64,000 bases of DNA, from assembly GCA_963826885.1 (NCBI GenBank), contig CAWGYL010000002.1, positions 129,756 to 193,755 of the forward strand, given 5' to 3'. The notes below the pieces were generated by a model. The model saw only the letters and a program-made list of their open reading frames with translations. It was not told the origin of the DNA and did no database searches. The first letter of the stretch is position 1. Each line of letters starts with the position of its first letter. Made by a program: the position numbers and the translations under genes. Shown here piece by piece: positions 9,148 through 17,066 of this stretch. The DNA is from Nitrospirota bacterium. GTDB lineage: Bacteria; Nitrospirota; UBA9217.

Positions 9148-9798
9148 ATGATCCCGCTTAAAGACATCGACCGCAGGCCCTCACGTTTTCCGGCAATCAC
9201 TACCCTGATCATCGGGTTGAATACGCTCGTTTTTCTGTTTGAATTAGTGAACGGACCAGCCTTCATCGCCCGGTGGTCGTATAGTCCGTCAGAAATCGTT
9301 GCAGGACGAAACTTGATCACCCTCCTGACCGCCATGTTTGTACATGGCGGTTGGTTACATATAATTGGCAACATGATATTTTTTTGGGCGTTCGGACCTG
9401 CGATCGAAGACACAATGGGAAGAGCGAGGTTCCTAGTCTTTTACTTATCAGGCGGACTGGTAGCCACCCTTGCACAGGTGCTCCTTAACCCTGACTCTTC
9501 AATCCCCAATCTAGGCGCAAGCGGCGCGATTGCAGCGGTCATGGGAGCATTTCTCATCACCTTTCCCCGCGACAGGATCCGCACAATTGTTTTTCTCGGA
9601 ATTTTTGTGACAATAGTCTTTATTCCGGCGATCATACTGGTAGGATTATGGTTCGTCCTTCAGTTCTTCAGCGAAGTCGGCTCACTGGCAGTGCAGCAGA
9701 CCGGTGGTGGGATAGCGTATGCAGCCCATATCGGGGGATTTGTCTTCGGCGTTGTCTTTGCTCCTTTATTTGAGTCCCATCGGCGGCGTTACAAATAA
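9148..9798 (+). CDS. Rhomboid-family intramembrane serine protease
   Basis: Six TM segments. GASGAIAAVMGA (catalytic Ser in the GxSG motif) and AHIGGFVFG (catalytic His). Confidence 0.8.
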   Translation: MIPLKDIDRRPSRFPAITTLIIGLNTLVFLFELVNGPAFIARWSYSPSEIVAGRNLITLLTAMFVHGGWLHIIGNMIFFWAFGPAIEDTMGRARFLVFYLSGGLVATLAQVLLNPDSSIPNLGASGAIAAVMGAFLITFPRDRIRTIVFLGIFVTIVFIPAIILVGLWFVLQFFSEVGSLAVQQTGGGIAYAAHIGGFVFGVVFAPLFESHRRRYK

Positions 9799-9949
9799 GC
9801 TGAAATGAGCTTATGCCTATGACCGTTATAAGGCGGTGAATTTCCTCGGTCATAGCGAGATGGATAAGAAATAAAATGCGTGTCGGATGTAAAAGGAATG
9901 CATTGTGCTTCGAAATCAACGTTGACTCGGTCGACACAGGAGGTTGAAC

Positions 9950-12900
9950 GTGACAACAGCAAATAAAACAGCATGCATCTTATGTTTTACCCTTGCTCTC
10001 ATTGTGTTTCAGACAAACCTGTATGGTTCAGAGGAAAAACCTGGGCAATCCCTTCCAGTCTACAGTCTCTCTGTTTCATTTGACTTGAAAAGTAATCTTT
10101 TGAGAGGCAGAGCGGCAATTACGCTGCCCAAAGCTGCTGATATGACAGTTTCTCCTGGTAATCTCAGGATTATATCAGTCACACTGAACGGATTGCCTGT
10201 GGATTACAGAACAAAGGACAATCTCTTCAAGGTTACCGGTACTGGGATACTCGAAATAGCGTACGAGGGGACCTTCAGGGGAGAACCAGGAAGCAATGAA
10301 AATCTTGAGAGTGCAGGCATGGTCTCAGCCGGGATGGTGAGCGAGGAAGGCATCTCACTCAACGGCGACTGGTATCCAGCAATCAACGGACTTGCCTATT
10401 ATAAGCTCACTGCTCTTGTTCCGAACAATTTCATTGCCGTATCGGAGGCGGATGAAATTGATGCGAGGGATGCCGCTTCGGGTAAAGAGTATTCTTTTGT
10501 TTTTCCTCATCCTTTAACCGGGATAGACTTTGTTGCGGGCAACTACCGCGAAGTCAAGGACACTGTCGACGGTATAGGCATTTATGCATACTTCTTTCCC
10601 GCGGATGTTTCCCTTGCAGCCAACTATATTGAACACACAAAGAAATATCTCAGGATGTATAACGAGCTCTTCGTCCCCTACCCGTACAAAAGATTCTCTG
10701 TTGTAGAAAACATCCCGCCTACAGGCCTTTCCATGCCCACCTTCACCCTCCTGGGGCGGGACATCGTCCGCCTCCCTTTTATTCTTGAAACCTCCCTGGG
10801 CCATGAGATCACCCATCAATGGTTCGGGAATTATGTGTACGCCGACTTTAAGAAGGGTAATTGGCTTGAAGCGGTCACGAGCTATCTCTCCGACCATCTC
10901 TATGAGGAACTGAAGGGCAAAGGATGGGAGTACAGAAAAAATATTCTCATCAATTTCCAGAGCTATGTCACCCCTGACAAGGATTTCCCCCTCAGAGATT
11001 TCACCGAGAGGACCGGCTTCGCCTCCATGGCGATCGGCTATGGTAAAGGGGCAATGCTCTTTCATATGCTCGAGAACCTGGTCGGAAGAGACATATTCTA
11101 TAGATCGTTACGGAGACTTATCGAGGACAATAAATTTAAACAAGCCTCGTGGGCCGATGTAGAGACTTCATTTGAGCGAGAATCAGGCAAAGACCTCGGA
11201 TGGTTTTTTACCCAGTGGCTCAACCGTAAGGGAGTGCCCTCCTTCGAAGTCCGGTACCCTGGTGCTATTATTTTAAAGGGAATCACGACCGCTTCATTCG
11301 AGTTTGTACAGAAGGGAGAGCCCTACAGAGTTGAATTGCCCGCGAAAGTTATTACTGAAAAGGGTGAAGTGAAACAGGTGCTGGCTTTGGAAAAAGAAAG
11401 GCAGTATTTTGATATTGCTGCAAAAGAGAACCCTACGGATTTAATCTTTGATTATGACTACGATATAATGAGGACGCTTGCAGACAATGAGTTTCCTCCT
11501 GTTATCGCACGGCTGCTTGGGGATGAAAAAAAGATTATCGTTTATCCTGAAAAAGAAATGGGAAAATACGCCGGATTATTAGCAATTTTCAAAGGAGAAG
11601 GTTTTAGTGCGAAAGAACAGCTTGAGGTGAATGACAAGGATATCCAGTCCTCCTCGCTCCTTATTCTGGGTTCTGAAAGCCCTGTACTTAAAAGACTGTT
11701 CGGAGCGGCCGGGGAAAGGAGCACAGGCTTTCTGCTTATCGTACGAAATAACCCCTTGAATACTTCAAAGGTTGTGGCCTATGCCCACGGAAATTCGAAG
11801 GAAGAAGTAGACCTCGCTGTAGACAAGATATTCCATTATGGGAAGTATTCGGTCCTGCGCTTTGAAAAAGGGGAAAATGTGGCAAAGGAAATTAGCAAGT
11901 CAGATCGCGGCATGGTATTCAATCTTCAGGCTTCGGTAGAGGGTATCGAGCCCGATAAATCTCTCACGCTCGATGAAATAATCGATGCTGTCAGCGATAA
12001 GCCTATTGTCCTCATCGGGGAACGACACACCAATTATGAGGACCATAAGGTGGAGCTTGCGGTTATCGCGGGTCTCCTTAAGAAAGGGAAGAAAATCGCT
12101 ATCGGGATGGAAATGTTCCAGAGGCCTTTCCAGAAGGCAATCGATGAGTATCTCGTCGGGACCATAGATGAAAGGGAATTTTTGCGAAAGACGGAATATT
12201 TCAAGAGATGGGGGTACGACTACAATAATTACCGGGAGATCATAGAGTTCGCCAAGGCGAAGGGGATCCCCCTTGTCGCGTTGAACCAGCGGTCCGAGAT
12301 CGTGGACACGGTGGCCAAAGGAGGTCTCGACGCTTTAACCCAAGAGGAAAGAAAAGAGCTCCCTCAGGAGATGGATATGTCCGATGAATCATATAAAAAG
12401 CGGTTGAGGGAGGTCTATGAAGACCACCCTGACCATATTCCATTCGAGAACTTTTATCAATCGCAGATCATTTGGGATGAGACCATGGCGCACTCTGCAG
12501 CCCGACTCCTGGAGGAGCGGCCTGACCACCATATTGTCGTGCTGGCCGGAGTTGAACATATTATGTACGGTTCGGGAATCCCAAACAGGGTTCACCGGCT
12601 TACTGGCAGAAACTATGTCACGATTATAAACGGTACCTTCGACAGGGACGTTGGCACCTATGTACTGTTTCCCAAGTCCCTCAATCCCCCTTTTACGGCT
12701 AAACTAGGGGTGATCATCCGGGAATCAGCAGGCATGGTGCAAGTCACTGATTTTTCTCCTGATAGCGTTGCATTGAAGTCAGGCCTCAACAAGGGGGACA
12801 TGATTACCTCTGTAGACGGCTGGAAGATACAGACGATAAGCGATATAAAGATCGCCCTTTTCGATAAGGAACCGGGCCAAACGGTAAACGTGAAAGTGAT

Positions 12901-12955
12901 AAGAAAAAGATTTCTGCTCGGCTCGAGGGAACTCGAATTTAACCTCTCTTTGTAA
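9950..12955 (+). CDS. Secreted multidomain protein: M1-family zinc metallopeptidase domain, TIKI/TraB/ChaN-like domain and a C-terminal PDZ domain
   Basis: Signal peptide, then HEITHQWFGN...(18 aa)...E and NWLEAVTSY, which give the M1 HExxH-x18-E gluzincin signature. The middle region IVLIGERHTNYEDHKVELAVIAGLLKKGKKIAIGMEMFQRP...HIVVLAGVEHIMYG resembles ChaN/TIKI (GExH) domains. The C-terminus GVIIRESAGMVQV...GLNKGDMITSVDGWKI is a PDZ domain. The ORF track starts at a TTG at 9944; the GTG at 9950 has better RBS spacing (aggagg). Confidence 0.75.
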   Translation: MTTANKTACILCFTLALIVFQTNLYGSEEKPGQSLPVYSLSVSFDLKSNLLRGRAAITLPKAADMTVSPGNLRIISVTLNGLPVDYRTKDNLFKVTGTGILEIAYEGTFRGEPGSNENLESAGMVSAGMVSEEGISLNGDWYPAINGLAYYKLTALVPNNFIAVSEADEIDARDAASGKEYSFVFPHPLTGIDFVAGNYREVKDTVDGIGIYAYFFPADVSLAANYIEHTKKYLRMYNELFVPYPYKRFSVVENIPPTGLSMPTFTLLGRDIVRLPFILETSLGHEITHQWFGNYVYADFKKGNWLEAVTSYLSDHLYEELKGKGWEYRKNILINFQSYVTPDKDFPLRDFTERTGFASMAIGYGKGAMLFHMLENLVGRDIFYRSLRRLIEDNKFKQASWADVETSFERESGKDLGWFFTQWLNRKGVPSFEVRYPGAIILKGITTASFEFVQKGEPYRVELPAKVITEKGEVKQVLALEKERQYFDIAAKENPTDLIFDYDYDIMRTLADNEFPPVIARLLGDEKKIIVYPEKEMGKYAGLLAIFKGEGFSAKEQLEVNDKDIQSSSLLILGSESPVLKRLFGAAGERSTGFLLIVRNNPLNTSKVVAYAHGNSKEEVDLAVDKIFHYGKYSVLRFEKGENVAKEISKSDRGMVFNLQASVEGIEPDKSLTLDEIIDAVSDKPIVLIGERHTNYEDHKVELAVIAGLLKKGKKIAIGMEMFQRPFQKAIDEYLVGTIDEREFLRKTEYFKRWGYDYNNYREIIEFAKAKGIPLVALNQRSEIVDTVAKGGLDALTQEERKELPQEMDMSDESYKKRLREVYEDHPDHIPFENFYQSQIIWDETMAHSAARLLEERPDHHIVVLAGVEHIMYGSGIPNRVHRLTGRNYVTIINGTFDRDVGTYVLFPKSLNPPFTAKLGVIIRESAGMVQVTDFSPDSVALKSGLNKGDMITSVDGWKIQTISDIKIALFDKEPGQTVNVKVIRKRFLLGSRELEFNLSL

Positions 12956-13014
12956 GGCGGCAAGCTACCAGCGACCCCGAGTTTAAGAAACGACTTGGAA
13001 TATATGTGTGTAAC

Positions 13015-13040
13015 GCCGGCAAGGCGTTTTCCGCACGGGG
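13015..13040 (+). terminator. Possible rho-independent terminator
   Basis: aacgccggcaaggcgtttt hairpin followed by a T-run, located between convergent genes. Confidence 0.35.
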
Positions 13041-13044
13041 ACTA

Positions 13045-13797
13045 TTACTTTGACCTACCCTGAGACAATTTGTTAAGGGAATTATGCAGATCCTGCAGTT
13101 CAGATATGATGGTGTCGAGATCGAATTTGTGCCAATCAAGCACTGCGGAATGCAGGGAAGACTGGGCATCGCGCAGGGCTTTGCCTCTTTCGGTGCCATC
13201 GACAGGATGATAAAGCTTCACTTTTGCATCGAGGAGGTCATTGCTTTCCCTCAGTAAAAGCAATACGGCCTTCGCTGTTTGCGGCACATAGGGGAAGACG
13301 CCCATCCGTGCATTGTGGCACCGCTCACACACGGCCGCGACGGTCTCGGGTGTTGGAATACTGGTGACCATCGACCCATGACATGTTACGCATTCGGGGC
13401 CCTTTCCCTCCGATTCAAGCCTCTTGTAATGCAGACTCTGGGTAAATTTATAGAACTCCGCCCCGTGGCACTTGCCGCAGGTTGACGGGATGTTCTTGAA
13501 GTACACCATGCTTCGAGCATCGCCCGAGCCGAAAACACCCCTATGAGCCTCCTTTTGCCCGGAAGCGTGGGGATCGCCGCCATGGCAATTGTCGCAGGTT
13601 ACTCCATGCTTCTCGTGTACCGATCCCTTCCAACTGTGGGACTTTGCACCTACGAAACTGCTGCCCAGAAGCTGGGAATGGCAAGCGACGCAGGAATTCC
13701 CTGTTTTATTTTCATCCGCACCATTCGCGGACGCGGCAAACAGGAATGCGCCGCACGCGAGAAGGGCGCAAACAAGAACCTGGTCAATCTTTGACAT
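13045..13797 (-). CDS. Pentaheme c-type cytochrome
   Basis: Five CxxCH motifs (CVACH, CDNCH, CGKCH, CVTCH, CERCH) after a signal peptide. This is the last gene of the Rieske/cyt b operon. The Met at 13797 is the likely start; the ORF track extends to 13866 and would overlap the cyt b gene. Confidence 0.7.
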   Translation of the reverse strand: MSKIDQVLVCALLACGAFLFAASANGADENKTGNSCVACHSQLLGSSFVGAKSHSWKGSVHEKHGVTCDNCHGGDPHASGQKEAHRGVFGSGDARSMVYFKNIPSTCGKCHGAEFYKFTQSLHYKRLESEGKGPECVTCHGSMVTSIPTPETVAAVCERCHNARMGVFPYVPQTAKAVLLLLRESNDLLDAKVKLYHPVDGTERGKALRDAQSSLHSAVLDWHKFDLDTIISELQDLHNSLNKLSQGRSK

Positions 13798-15037
13798 TAC
13801 CGCCTCTCTTTCTGTTGTACCAGCGCAGAAGCGTGTAGCTGATACTCCACGCCAACGCTGTTGCAAGGATTGCTGCGACCATCATCGCCTTCGCCGTGAT
13901 ATGGAGCACGTCGATGTACCCAGCAACGACCATCATGCAGAGGAAAACGATCCCCCCAATGCCTAATGAGGTCATGAAGGGCCTGTGGAGCGGATTTTCC
14001 ATATAGTGCTTCGGATCTTTTGACCGGTCGAGGAACGGGATCAATGCATACACAACGAATGTGAACGCGGGAAAGATGACGCCGCCAATGGTCTCGGGCG
14101 TGATCTTGCCTCCCAGGAAAGAAAATGACAGGTCACCCGGAACCAGTTTCAGGAAACCATACACAACGAGGAAATACCAGTCAGGTCTCATCACGGGTGT
14201 TCCTGGCGACGGCGGGCCATACGCTTCTATTGGGTTCAAGGGGATATACGTCGCCATCATCACGACTACGAACAGCAGAAACAAGAAAAACGACAGGCTG
14301 ATGACGGCCTGTTCAGGCCAGATCGGGATGCCGATGAGCCTCCTCCCCCCCTGTGCCTCCTTTCGATTTCTGTTAGACCGGGGCTCCGTGTGTTTCTGCT
14401 TGACCAGAATGAGCATATGCAGGCCGATGAGGCCGGCCAGTACTGTTGGGATCAGCATGACATGCATGAAGAAGAAGCGGGGGACTGTCCCATCCGAAGG
14501 GAAGTCGCCTGCAAAGAGAAGTCTCGATATCCAATCTCCAACCCACGGCACCGACTTTGCCATATAGTAGGCAATGGACGTAGCGGTCACCGAGAACTGG
14601 CTATAGGGTAGCAAATAGCCGGTGAATGCCGCGACCATGGCCATACCCCACAAGCTGAGCCCCACGAGCCAGTTGATCTCCCGCGGCTTTTGGTAGGACG
14701 CGGTAAAGTAGATCCTCAGGAGATGCGCGAGGATGGCAGCGATCATGATCATTGCCGACCAGTGGTGGATGCGTCTGAAAACCAGGCCCATGGGGAGCAG
14801 GTCTAATCTTACCACACTCGCATAGGCTGCCGGGACCATCGCCCCGAAGAGGGAAACCATTGTAGTCGAAGGCTCATAGAAAAATCCGAGGAAGACGCCA
14901 GTCGCGACAAGGGTAATGAAGGAGAACAACGCCGTTTCTCCGAGCAGGAACGTGGGGTGGGTCGGGAATGTCTTGCTCAGGAACTTCTCCTTGAACTTTC
15001 TGAGTTCCAGCCTTTCATCGAACCATTTGAAAACCAT
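13784..15037 (-). CDS. Cytochrome b subunit of a Rieske/cyt b (bc-type) complex, with fused b N-terminal and C-terminal parts
   Basis: 417 aa with about 8-9 TM helices and conserved His pairs in helices (RIHHWSA...HLLR; HMLILVKQKHT), matching cytochrome b/b6-PetD architecture. It lies directly downstream of the Rieske gene. Confidence 0.85.
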   Translation of the reverse strand: MVFKWFDERLELRKFKEKFLSKTFPTHPTFLLGETALFSFITLVATGVFLGFFYEPSTTMVSLFGAMVPAAYASVVRLDLLPMGLVFRRIHHWSAMIMIAAILAHLLRIYFTASYQKPREINWLVGLSLWGMAMVAAFTGYLLPYSQFSVTATSIAYYMAKSVPWVGDWISRLLFAGDFPSDGTVPRFFFMHVMLIPTVLAGLIGLHMLILVKQKHTEPRSNRNRKEAQGGRRLIGIPIWPEQAVISLSFFLFLLFVVVMMATYIPLNPIEAYGPPSPGTPVMRPDWYFLVVYGFLKLVPGDLSFSFLGGKITPETIGGVIFPAFTFVVYALIPFLDRSKDPKHYMENPLHRPFMTSLGIGGIVFLCMMVVAGYIDVLHITAKAMMVAAILATALAWSISYTLLRWYNRKRGGNVKD

Positions 15038-15055
15038 GGCAGTGCCCTCGCCTCA

Positions 15056-15670
15056 CTATACCTGCGGCCCGATTGGTCCGTTGAAATCGCTCGTAAAGGC
15101 AAGCGTTCCGTCCTGCATCACCTTCACGCCAATTTGTGCGAGCGGGATCGGTGCAGGCCCGCCCATAACCTTCGCCCCCTGAGCTGGATTGAATATGCTG
15201 TTGTGGCAGTAGCATTCCGTGAATGATGCGGTGGGCGATTCTTGGTTTGCCATCCAGGAGACAGTGCAGCCGAGATGGGTGCAAATAGCGCTGTAGGCCA
15301 CAAACCCCTGGTCCGTCAGCGAGATGTCAGTGGGTGGCATGAATGCCTTCTCCTCCAGTTTGATCAGCTGGACGAGATTCGCGGGGTTCGATGACTTGCC
15401 CGTGGGATAGGCAAGCACGGCGTCGCCCGCCTTCATCGATGAAGCCGTGATGGGAGCCCCCGCGTTGCCTCCCTGAGCATACACAAGCCCGTCACCCGGC
15501 TTTATGGTCGCTGCATAGCCTCCGCCCTTCTTTTCGGGAGCCAGCACTTTGAGTAGTGTAAAAAGAGACCCGAAGGCGCCTGCGATGGATGCAAGGAGCA
15601 TCCCGAGGGTGAACCTCCTCCGGGTGATGCCTTTCTTGCTGCCCTCGCTCCCCGCGTTCCCGTCTACCAT
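15056..15670 (-). CDS. Rieske [2Fe-2S] iron-sulfur protein with a Tat signal
   Basis: Twin-arginine motif RRRFTLG. CTHLGC...CYCHNS is the CxH...CxxH Rieske cluster-binding box pair. Confidence 0.85.
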   Translation of the reverse strand: MVDGNAGSEGSKKGITRRRFTLGMLLASIAGAFGSLFTLLKVLAPEKKGGGYAATIKPGDGLVYAQGGNAGAPITASSMKAGDAVLAYPTGKSSNPANLVQLIKLEEKAFMPPTDISLTDQGFVAYSAICTHLGCTVSWMANQESPTASFTECYCHNSIFNPAQGAKVMGGPAPIPLAQIGVKVMQDGTLAFTSDFNGPIGPQV

Positions 15671-15927
15671 AGCAGCTCCTCCTCGCGGTCCTCCGATACC
15701 TCCCTGAAGGGAACAAAATAGCGCGCAAAGAGAACGATCTCAATGCCTGCGATCAGGAACTCGAAGGCGAGCAGTGTGCCCCAGAGGTAGTCACTTCCCT
15801 GGCCGGATATCAGGAAATAGGTGAACGCGGTGCCTGCAACGAGAAGCAGGATTGAAAGGACCAGCACCGCTATCATGGCGGCCTTTGGATATGCAGGCCT
15901 CTTCTCCTGTATGATCTCAAAGCTCAT
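15664..15927 (-). CDS. Small two-TM membrane protein, putative accessory subunit of the complex
   Basis: Starting at MSFEIIQ it encodes two hydrophobic helices. Its start overlaps the stop of the upstream cytochrome gene, suggesting translational coupling. Function unknown. Confidence 0.4.
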   Translation of the reverse strand: MSFEIIQEKRPAYPKAAMIAVLVLSILLLVAGTAFTYFLISGQGSDYLWGTLLAFEFLIAGIEIVLFARYFVPFREVSEDREEELLW

Positions 15928-15928
15928 A

Positions 15929-16660
15929 TTATCCCCTCCGTTCCAGTGCGAGGTACACGAGATAGCCGATGCCGAACAAGACAAGCACCGCGCCGAATGC
16001 GATAAATCCTATCTGGAAGGCATCGAGTTCCTCGGGAAATTCGGGTATGAACGGCGGTTTCTTGCCGACTGTTTTCGCCTGGGCGATCTTGATCCGTATT
16101 CCCGATAGCGCATTCACCGTTGATTCGGTCACATCCATCGGATCGATCTGATCGAACCCCGCCGTATCCTTGTGGCAACTTTCACAAACCTTGGGGACCT
16201 CTGGTATGGCATTTCGGTGTGCTTGGTGGCAAGTAACGCAGGATGGCCCGCCTTTATTTTCAAGATAGGCCTTGCCCATTATGCTCTTTGCGTACCGGTC
16301 GACGGAAGTATTATGGCACTGGCTGCACAGGGCAAACAGTTTTTTGCCGGATGGCTTACCTATAAAGCCCTGGGATATGGACATTGCTTGTGACATTTTT
16401 TCCCCAAATTCATTACCGGTGAAATGTTTGATATTCTGCACGTCCACGTCCGGATTTCCCCCGTGACAAAGATCGCACGTTATGCGATTTCGCTGATGGA
16501 TTGAACCTTGCCATTCCTTTACTGGTCTGCCGAGCGCAGCATCCATAAATTCGTGGCACAGTACGCAAGCCGAAGGTTTCAGCTCAGCGCGCCCGCTCGC
16601 CCCGAACAGTAGGAAAGCTGCTGCACAGCACAGCGCAAATGCACGGCTTGTTATCTTCAT
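15929..16660 (-). CDS. Membrane-anchored pentaheme c-type cytochrome
   Basis: Signal peptide, then five CxxCH motifs (CVLCH, CDLCH, CSQCH, CVTCH, CESCH) and a C-terminal TM helix (FIAFGAVLVLFGIGYLVYLAL). The likely start is MKITSRAF at 16660. Confidence 0.7.
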   Translation of the reverse strand: MKITSRAFALCCAAAFLLFGASGRAELKPSACVLCHEFMDAALGRPVKEWQGSIHQRNRITCDLCHGGNPDVDVQNIKHFTGNEFGEKMSQAMSISQGFIGKPSGKKLFALCSQCHNTSVDRYAKSIMGKAYLENKGGPSCVTCHQAHRNAIPEVPKVCESCHKDTAGFDQIDPMDVTESTVNALSGIRIKIAQAKTVGKKPPFIPEFPEELDAFQIGFIAFGAVLVLFGIGYLVYLALERRG

Positions 16661-17066
16661 ACGTTCGCTTCCCGAATTAGTATTGCATCTTTTTCCCCGA
16701 TTGAAAATCACCTCGCCCTGCAGCTGTCTTCAACCAAAGTGGGCAGGTCGCACAAGCAAGGATGCTATCCATGAAGTCAAGATAACGAATGAGAGGGCCG
16801 TGGCAAAAAGATGGCGACGTCAGGTGCTCTTGCCGTCCACTAATCAACGCACACTGCTTCTTGCTACCATCCAAGTAGTTAAGAACTCCGGTTTTGATCT
16901 CCCCTATCGTTTTCTCCGACAGTGTGCCGAACTTTGCCTGAACAACAAATTTTGCGAACCCCTGCACCTGCGCTATGCGCTGTTACCTCTCCTTCTCCAA
17001 ATCGTCGGCTTCCCTTCCAGCCCCGACAACTCGACCGCAGAGCACTTCTCGATGCTTGAAGGTGTA

